Assembly: GCA_963822445.1 (NCBI GenBank)
Contig: CAWGHO010000002.1
Span: forward strand, 736,001 to 800,000
Source of the DNA: an uncultured Acidobacteriota bacterium
Lineage (GTDB): Bacteria; Acidobacteriota; Thermoanaerobaculia; Gp7-AA8
DNA length: 64,000 nucleotides
Direction of reading: 5' to 3'
Part shown: positions 57,776 to 64,000 of the stretch, piece by piece
How positions within the stretch are numbered: the first letter of the stretch is position 1
Layout of the letters: every line of letters begins with the position of its first letter
Notes under the pieces: generated by a model
Databases searched by the model: none
The model's input: only the letters and a program-made list of their open reading frames with translations
What the model was told of the DNA's origin: nothing
Made by a program: the position numbers and the translations under genes

Positions 57776-60528
57776 AGAAACTGCTGCTGGTTGTTCTGCT
57801 CGCGACTGCTGCATTCGCACAAAACGACGAGACCTATACCGCGGACATCCGGAAATTCACGACCGATCCGCGGTTCATGACCGAGCTCGTCGACCACCTC
57901 CCCGCGTCCGCGACCGTGCCGACGCCGCTGAAGTTCAACGGCTACATCTCCGGCGCGGAAGGGAAGCTGACTTACGCCGAGGATGTGCACCGGTACATGC
58001 GGGCGCTCGCGGCCGCGTCGCCACGGGTGAAGGTTTTCTCGATCGGGCAGAGCGAGGAAGGGCGGGAGATGATCGCCGTGGCGATCGCGAACGAAGAGAC
58101 CATCGCCGGTCTCGATCGCTACCGCGAGATCACGCGCAAGCTCTCCGATCCCCGCAGGATCTCTGACGACGAGGCGAAGCAACTGATCGCCACCGGCAAG
58201 CCGATCTATCACGCCACCGGCGCGCTGCACTCGCCGGAAACGGGCAGCCCGGAGATGCTGATGGAGCTGGCGTACCGGCTGGCCGTCGAAGAGACGGAGT
58301 TCATCAGGGCCATCCGCGACAACATCATCGTGCTGCTCACGCCGGTGCTCGAAGTCGATGGCCGCAATCGCCAGGTCGATCTCTGGCGTTACCGCGAAGC
58401 GAATCCAGGCCTGCCCACGCCGCCGCTCGCGTACTGGGGCAAGTACGTCGCCCACGACAACAACCGCGACCAGATCAACCTCACCCTCGCGCTCAGCAAG
58501 AACATGATGAACGCGTACAACGAGTGGCACCCGCAGGTCATGCACGACCTGCACGAGTCCGTGCCGTTCCTGTACGTCTCCACCGGCACCGGCCCGTTCA
58601 ATCCCGCGCTCGATCCGCTGATGATCGACGAGTGGCATCGCATGGGATTCAACGAAGTCGACGAGATGACGCGCCGCGGCCTGCCCGGCGTCTGGCTGCA
58701 CGGCTTCTGGGACGGCTGGGCGCCGAACTATCTGTTCTGGCTCGGCGCGGGACGCAACACCATCGCCCGCTTTTACGAGACCTTCGGCAATCGCTGGCCC
58801 ACGACCGAGAAGCGCGTGGTGCGCAGCGCGAGCGAGCGGGCCTGGTTCCGCACGAATCCAGCACTTCCTGAAGTGAAGTGGTCGATCCGCAATAACGTCA
58901 ACTATCAGCAGTCCGCGTTGCTCTTCGCGCTGAACGACATGGCCCGCAATCGCGAGCGCTTTCTCGATCGCTACTACGCGATGGGCAAGCGCGCCATCGC
59001 CAAGGCCGCGAACGAGGGACCGGCGGCGTGGGTCTTCAACGCCGATCAGAAGCGGCAGGGACAATTGCATGAGCTGGTGACGCTGCTCCGCCGCCAGGGC
59101 ATCGAGGTGCATACCGCGAACGAAGCGTTCTCCATGACCGCGAACTGGCCGCCCCAGAAAAAAGATGACAAGCCGGAACCGGTGAAGTTCGCCAAAGGCT
59201 CGTTCATCGTCCGCATGGATCAGCCCTATTCGCGCCTGGCCGACACGCTGCTCGACGTGCAGTACGTCCGCGGCGACGAGCGGGTCTACGACGACACCGG
59301 CTGGACGCTGCCGTACCTGAAGAACGTGACCGCGCACCGCGTCGTGAATCCGGACGTGCTCAAAGTGAAGATGAGCGAATGGTCGGGCGGACCGGCGCCG
59401 GCAATCACCGCCAATCACGCCGAGACCGAACTGGTGCGCCGCCGCTTCGCCGATCCGAACGTGAAGCTGCTCGTCGCCACCGAAGAATTCACGGTCAACA
59501 AGAAGAAGACCGCCGCCGGCACGGTACTGACTGACGCTCCGGCGGCGGCAAAGACGCGCGAGCTGCGCACACCGCGCATCGCCCTGATGCACACCTGGTT
59601 CTCCACGCAGGACGAAGGCTGGTGGCGTCTCGCGCTGGAGTCGATGGGCGTTCCCTACGACTACATCTCGACGCAGGACGCGTCGCAAATCGCCGATCTG
59701 AAGTCGCGCTACGACGTGATTCTCTTTCCGCCGGTTGGCCGCACGTCGTCACAGGACCTCGTCAACGGTTACGCGCCCGGCCCGCCCCTTCCCTGGAAAA
59801 AGACCGCCCTCACCCCGAACCTCGGCGTCGACGAAACCGACGACATGCGCCCCGGCCTCGGCCTCACCGGCGTCGCCAATCTGACGAAGTTCGTCGAGGA
59901 CGGCGGCCTGCTCGTGACCTCGCGCGACACCGCGGTGTGGGCTGTCGAGTACGGACTGGCGCGTTGGGTGCGAGTCGTGGACACGAGCAAACTGAAAGCG
60001 CCGGGGACGATCGTGCAGGGCGCGGTCACGGACAAGAAGAGCGTCGTGGCCGAAGGGTATGACGACACGATTCCGCTGTACTTCAGCGGTTCGCCGGTGT
60101 TCCGCGTCGGCTTCCGCGATACGCCCGAGCCGCCGGAATCGCGGCCGAGCGGACGGGGAACCCGCACCGATCCCGACGTTCCGCAGGGGCGCGTCTTCGT
60201 GCCCACTCCCGAGCGGCCGAAGCCGGGCCCGGGCGAGGCCGGATTCCAGTTGCCCGAGGATGCGCCGTGGAGCGTCGAGCACGCGTTCCCGCGCGCCGAG
60301 GACCGTCCGAAGGTGATCGTGTCGTTCGCCGAGAAGGCCGATCAGCTCCTGCTCTCGGGCATGCTCGAAGGCGGCGATGAACTGGCCGGGAAACCGGCGG
60401 TGATCGTCTCGCCGCGCGGCAAAGGCAACGTGATGCTCTTTGCGGTGAATCCGATGTGGCGCATGAATACCTCGGGGATGTACGCGCTGGTGATGAATGC
60501 GGTGATGAATTGGGATCAGTTGCGATGA
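57772..60528 (+). CDS. M14-family zinc carboxypeptidase-like secreted protein
   Basis: HSPE, HDNNRD, HDLHE, C-terminal glutamine-amidotransferase-like domain. Confidence 0.85.
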   Translation: MKKLLLVVLLATAAFAQNDETYTADIRKFTTDPRFMTELVDHLPASATVPTPLKFNGYISGAEGKLTYAEDVHRYMRALAAASPRVKVFSIGQSEEGREMIAVAIANEETIAGLDRYREITRKLSDPRRISDDEAKQLIATGKPIYHATGALHSPETGSPEMLMELAYRLAVEETEFIRAIRDNIIVLLTPVLEVDGRNRQVDLWRYREANPGLPTPPLAYWGKYVAHDNNRDQINLTLALSKNMMNAYNEWHPQVMHDLHESVPFLYVSTGTGPFNPALDPLMIDEWHRMGFNEVDEMTRRGLPGVWLHGFWDGWAPNYLFWLGAGRNTIARFYETFGNRWPTTEKRVVRSASERAWFRTNPALPEVKWSIRNNVNYQQSALLFALNDMARNRERFLDRYYAMGKRAIAKAANEGPAAWVFNADQKRQGQLHELVTLLRRQGIEVHTANEAFSMTANWPPQKKDDKPEPVKFAKGSFIVRMDQPYSRLADTLLDVQYVRGDERVYDDTGWTLPYLKNVTAHRVVNPDVLKVKMSEWSGGPAPAITANHAETELVRRRFADPNVKLLVATEEFTVNKKKTAAGTVLTDAPAAAKTRELRTPRIALMHTWFSTQDEGWWRLALESMGVPYDYISTQDASQIADLKSRYDVILFPPVGRTSSQDLVNGYAPGPPLPWKKTALTPNLGVDETDDMRPGLGLTGVANLTKFVEDGGLLVTSRDTAVWAVEYGLARWVRVVDTSKLKAPGTIVQGAVTDKKSVVAEGYDDTIPLYFSGSPVFRVGFRDTPEPPESRPSGRGTRTDPDVPQGRVFVPTPERPKPGPGEAGFQLPEDAPWSVEHAFPRAEDRPKVIVSFAEKADQLLLSGMLEGGDELAGKPAVIVSPRGKGNVMLFAVNPMWRMNTSGMYALVMNAVMNWDQLR

Positions 60529-61271
60529 CCTGGTCACCCGAGCAATACCAACGCTTCCAAACCGAGCGAAAACAACCCTACCTCGACCTCCTCTCCCTCA
60601 TCGAGCGCCGCCCGCGCATGCGCGTCGTCGACCTCGGCTGCGGGACCGGTGAGCTGACCCGCGAGCTGCACGAAACACTCGGGGCCGAGGAAACGGTCGG
60701 CATCGACGACTCCGACACCATGCTCCTCAAGAGCGGGCATTTTGAGGACGAGATGCTGCGGTTCGAGCGGGGGAACATCGAGGCTTTCGTCACCGACAAA
60801 CCGTACGACCTCGTTTTTTCCAACGCGGCCATGCACTGGATTCCCGAGCACGAGCAGCTTCTGCGGCGCCTGACGAACTTTCTGGCCATGGACGGGCAGA
60901 TCGCCATCCAGTTCCCGGTGAACGATTCCCATCCCTCGCACGCGATTGCGTCCGAGGTGGCGCAGGAGTTCGGAATCGCGCCGCGGCCTGCGTACGTGCT
61001 CGAGCCCGAGCGCTACGCGGAGATCCTCAACGGGCTCGGATACAAACGGCAGCACGTGCGCATGCAGGTTTACGGTCACGTTCTGCCATCGACGGACGAC
61101 GTGGTGGAGTGGGTTCGCGGCGCGCTGTTGACCTGGTACCAGTCGCTCCTCTCACCGGAGAAGTTCGAGGAGTTTCTCAACGCGTACCGCGAGCGACTGC
61201 TCGGCAAGCTCGGCGACGAACGGCCGTTCTTCTACACGTACAAACGGATCCTGCTCTGGGGCTCGTTCTAG
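60525..61271 (+). CDS. tam: Trans-aconitate 2-methyltransferase-like SAM methyltransferase
   Basis: WSPEQY..F..ER..P, DLGCGTG, FSNAAMHW. Confidence 0.8.
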   Translation: MTWSPEQYQRFQTERKQPYLDLLSLIERRPRMRVVDLGCGTGELTRELHETLGAEETVGIDDSDTMLLKSGHFEDEMLRFERGNIEAFVTDKPYDLVFSNAAMHWIPEHEQLLRRLTNFLAMDGQIAIQFPVNDSHPSHAIASEVAQEFGIAPRPAYVLEPERYAEILNGLGYKRQHVRMQVYGHVLPSTDDVVEWVRGALLTWYQSLLSPEKFEEFLNAYRERLLGKLGDERPFFYTYKRILLWGSF

Positions 61272-61274
61272 GAC

Positions 61275-61375
61275 GTACGGCGGGCGTCTCGCCCGCAAGC
61301 CGCCGGACGTCTCGGCCGGCGGTATAGCGCGGCGCGTGACGCGCCGCGCGTGGGCGGGCGGGACGCCCGCCGTAC
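61275..61375. repeat. REP-like composite palindrome between convergent stops
   Basis: GTACGGCGGGCGTCTCGCCCGC ... GCGGGCGGGACGCCCGCCGTAC enclosing two inner hairpins. Confidence 0.8.
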
Positions 61376-61849
61376 CTAGTCCTCGGCCATGATCGTGTGC
61401 AGGGCCAGCATCACGGTCATCGAGGCCAGCACGAAGATCATCGCGAAGAACGACATCGACAGTGACGGCGCGTTCGAGCTCGCGGTGACCACGGCCGCCG
61501 GCGTCAGGCTGCCGATCCACGCCTGAACCGCGTCCCACTTCCAGGTCATCACCGCCGCCCATCCGCCCGCGACCACGAGGTACGCCAGCATCTGCACGAC
61601 GGTCAGCGGTCGCGCAACGCGCTGCGAATCGATCGTTCCCTGAAGGAGTTTCGCCTTGAGCCAGACGATCGACGGATCAGGCAGGACGCGGTGCTGATCG
61701 CGAATCCCGGCGAAGGTGCTCATCCAGGGCGCGACCGCCGCGGTGGCGACACAGTCGTCGCACTCCGCGAGATGGCGGCGCAGATTGTCAGGCCAGCGAT
61801 CTTCGGTCGCGGCGCGAAGGACGTCTGCTTCCCAGCGACAGGCGTTCAT
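61376..61849 (-). CDS. Zinc-binding (HxxxCxxC) anti-sigma factor-like membrane protein
   Basis: HLAECDDC plus two TM segments, ATGA overlap with the sigma factor. Confidence 0.8.
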   Translation of the reverse strand: MNACRWEADVLRAATEDRWPDNLRRHLAECDDCVATAAVAPWMSTFAGIRDQHRVLPDPSIVWLKAKLLQGTIDSQRVARPLTVVQMLAYLVVAGGWAAVMTWKWDAVQAWIGSLTPAAVVTASSNAPSLSMSFFAMIFVLASMTVMLALHTIMAED

Positions 61850-62400
61850 GGCGCGAGACCCTTCTTCTTGAGCAGTTCGCCGAGTCTTTTCCTGGCGCGG
61901 AACAGCAGGACTTTCACGCTCTTCGTTTTGACGCCGAGGGCGTCGCCGATGTCTTCGTGATCGGCTTCTTCGACGTGCGCGAGCCAGAGCAGCGCGCGCT
62001 CGCGAGGCTTGAGCTCAGCGAAGATCTTCATCATGTCGTGCCGCAGAACCTCTCGCCCCTCGGCCTGAGCTGGCGGAGGCTCGACCTCGCGCGTCCGCTC
62101 CCGCTTCATCTCCCGGAAATGATCGAGCGCGAGATTCGTCGCCGCGCGGAAGATCCAGCGGCGCATGTGCTCCTCCGAGGCGAGAGTGGGATTCGCGCGG
62201 AGGAAACGGAAGAAGGCCTTCTGCAGCAGATCGTCGGCTGCCGCCGGATCGCCGGTCAGCCGGTAGAGGTACGACCAGAGACTCCCCGCGTTGGCGCGAT
62301 AGAAGCTCTCGAATCGCGCCTCCTCCATCGGCTTAGGGCTTCCCGTTCGGGGGCGCGCACCGGTGAGGGGCGCCGGCAGAGTCAGACCGGTCGCAAACAT
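61846..62400 (-). CDS. ECF RNA polymerase sigma factor
   Basis: AADDLLQKAF, WIFRAATN, L..RER, VKVLLFRARKRL. Confidence 0.9.
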   Translation of the reverse strand: MFATGLTLPAPLTGARPRTGSPKPMEEARFESFYRANAGSLWSYLYRLTGDPAAADDLLQKAFFRFLRANPTLASEEHMRRWIFRAATNLALDHFREMKRERTREVEPPPAQAEGREVLRHDMMKIFAELKPRERALLWLAHVEEADHEDIGDALGVKTKSVKVLLFRARKRLGELLKKKGLAP

Positions 62401-62403
62401 GGA

Positions 62404-62865
62404 TCACACGGTGGTTTCAGGGTTCCGAACGGCGGGCGGAAGCCCCTCTTCTCCGAGCTTCGCGGCAAAACGATAGGTTACGACTGTCGCGAGCAGATAT
62501 CCGAGGCCCAGCGAGAAAACGATCGACGCCGGGATGAGCCAACCGCTGTCGTCCTGGAACACGTTGATGAAGACGAATCCGATGCCGAGGGCCGTCAGGA
62601 TGATGCCCCGGGTGAATCCGCTCATGATCCGTTCGCGTGCGAATAGCGTCGGCGCCGAATTCACGCCGGTGACGAATTGCTGGCCGGCCGGCGAGTGCAG
62701 GAACTGCACGAGCTCGGGCGCGGAGCCGAAGCGCTCGATCAGCTTCGACTGCATCTGCACCTGCGCCTCCACGCGCCGCTGGCGGGATTTGGTGACGATC
62801 GCGACGACCAGGACCACCATGGTCGACGAGGCCACAATGCCGAAAAGCGGTATCAACTCCATCAT
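62404..62865 (-). CDS. Membrane protein, DUF6249-like, first gene of the ECF operon
   Basis: TM, then basic helix (KLIERFG), then two TMs. SD GGAGGAG. Confidence 0.7.
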   Translation of the reverse strand: MMELIPLFGIVASSTMVVLVVAIVTKSRQRRVEAQVQMQSKLIERFGSAPELVQFLHSPAGQQFVTGVNSAPTLFARERIMSGFTRGIILTALGIGFVFINVFQDDSGWLIPASIVFSLGLGYLLATVVTYRFAAKLGEEGLPPAVRNPETTV

Positions 62866-62896
62866 CAGGTCTCCTCCGGTTCGATTACGGAGCTAG

Positions 62897-62923
62897 TACG
62901 TCGGGAAGGCTGTTTCGGTTAAC
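62897..62923 (-). promoter_or_regulatory. Putative ECF-type promoter
   Basis: Minus strand GTTAACC-N16-CGTA, giving AAC...CGT, upstream of the operon. Confidence 0.5.
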
Positions 62924-62991
62924 AACCTGTCGGTTTTCACTGAAATTGGTTAGAATTCCGTTCACCCCTTCAGCACAGGCAGTGAAAACAC

Positions 62992-63426
62992 ATGGTTATT
63001 GAAGAGCTCCGCAAGGCGGACCGCTTCGTCGTCGTAGACCCGATCAACTCGACTTTCGGGCCGGCCGAAGCCGTACTTTGCGACATCAGCATCGCCGGCG
63101 CGCAGATCACGCACGCCCAGCCGATCCGGATCGGAACCCTGGCCCGGCTCTCGTTCCGGCGCGGTGACATCGTCGTCGCCACGCAGGCCCGGGTGATCTG
63201 GAGTCACGTCGATCCCGGGGCAGGCGGAAAGCTGATGTATCGCAGCGGCCTGCGCATCGAGGCGGCCGACCCGCAATACGCGATGGCCATCAACTCACTG
63301 CTGCGTGCCGGCGCCATCCGCCAGGACCTCGAGTCGCTCGACAAGAAGCGCGAGCGCGAGATCCAGCGCGAGGAGAAGAAAAAGTCGGGGCCGAAGTCGA
63401 TCCCGACCGCCGGCCAGCCGCTGTAG
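62992..63426 (+). CDS. PilZ-domain protein
   Basis: RKADR (RxxxR) and DISIAG (DxSxxG). Confidence 0.8.
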   Translation: MVIEELRKADRFVVVDPINSTFGPAEAVLCDISIAGAQITHAQPIRIGTLARLSFRRGDIVVATQARVIWSHVDPGAGGKLMYRSGLRIEAADPQYAMAINSLLRAGAIRQDLESLDKKREREIQREEKKKSGPKSIPTAGQPL

Positions 63427-63433
63427 CACGCCT

Positions 63434-64000
63434 TTACGGTTCTGATCCGATCGACAGCGTGATGGTGCCGTAGGACTGCGGCCGTCCGTTCGGCTTGAAC
63501 TCCGCGCTCCTGACGGTGTGCGCGTACTGGACGCGAAACCAGCGGATTCTCACGCTGCCTCCGAACCGGTGATCGAGCACGAGCGGCCTGCTCTCGATCC
63601 GGTGAAGCTCGTCGACCTTGTCGATGAAGATGTTCCGTCCGACCACGCGAAGATCGGCGCCCGCGAAAACGTACGCGTCCCATCGCGGAGCTTTGTCCGG
63701 AAGAACGGGTGCGAGGCTGGCGATGGAGGGAATCGGCTGTAGGAACGTGCGGGGCAGGTTGTAGCCGAGACGCACGGTCGTGCCGACACTGGCGTTCGCG
63801 AACACGTTCCCAACCATCCCGCCGATCGAGGGAGTGACGTCGAAGTAGGAAAGCCCGTCAGCATTGCGCCGTTCCGCCGCGTGGAAGCGCCGCTGGGCGA
63901 CGACCAGCCAGGCGAAGCTCTCGGAGATCTGGTGGTCCCAGCCTTCTGGATCAGGCGCGTTCGGGACGATCTCCTGATGAACGAACGTCTGGGCCTCTTC
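63434..64000 (-). CDS. Lipid A deacylase LpxR-family (DUF2219) outer-membrane protein, 5' end outside window
   Basis: P.GWDHQI, VGNV, VRLGYNLP, VGRNIFID, YGTITLS. Confidence 0.75.
   Translation of the reverse strand, partial: EEAQTFVHQEIVPNAPDPEGWDHQISESFAWLVVAQRRFHAAERRNADGLSYFDVTPSIGGMVGNVFANASVGTTVRLGYNLPRTFLQPIPSIASLAPVLPDKAPRWDAYVFAGADLRVVGRNIFIDKVDELHRIESRPLVLDHRFGGSVRIRWFRVQYAHTVRSAEFKPNGRPQSYGTITLSIGSEP

Noticed and set aside
3105-59688. Long antisense or alternative-frame ORFs (for example 3105-4973, 19096-21129, 37732-39522, 57664-59688)
   Set aside because: Shadow ORFs expected in high-GC DNA opposite well-supported genes, with no recognisable motifs.

Overview
A GC-rich bacterial chromosomal segment, most consistent with Acidobacteriota and probably Thermoanaerobaculia (inferred from gene content and style). 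It holds about 66 densely packed housekeeping and envelope genes, including xerD, lipA, carD, deoB, pdp, queC, queE, mce, tyrA, two YfhO paralogs, rph, glgC, a DnaJ-class chaperone, lpxH-like, aroA, peptidases, ABC exporters, c-di-GMP genes, xth and an ECF sigma operon. I found no rRNA, tRNA, CRISPR array, prophage or transposase. The most striking signal is non-coding: 13 elements of about 75-110 bp, each built as (7- or 8-mer)x3-6, a unique spacer, then the reverse-complement array, from 7 different repeat units. Six REP/REPIN-like palindromes occur as well. Neighbouring coding DNA often shows a strand-asymmetric synonymous 'halo', C-depleted to the left and G-depleted to the right. The same switch appears at a few 'ghost' sites that have no element. 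Four apparent single-base insertions in short homopolymers are probably sequencing errors. Also noted: an unannotated 48-aa ORF and a probable CTG start codon. All protein family assignments come from motif recognition, not database searches.
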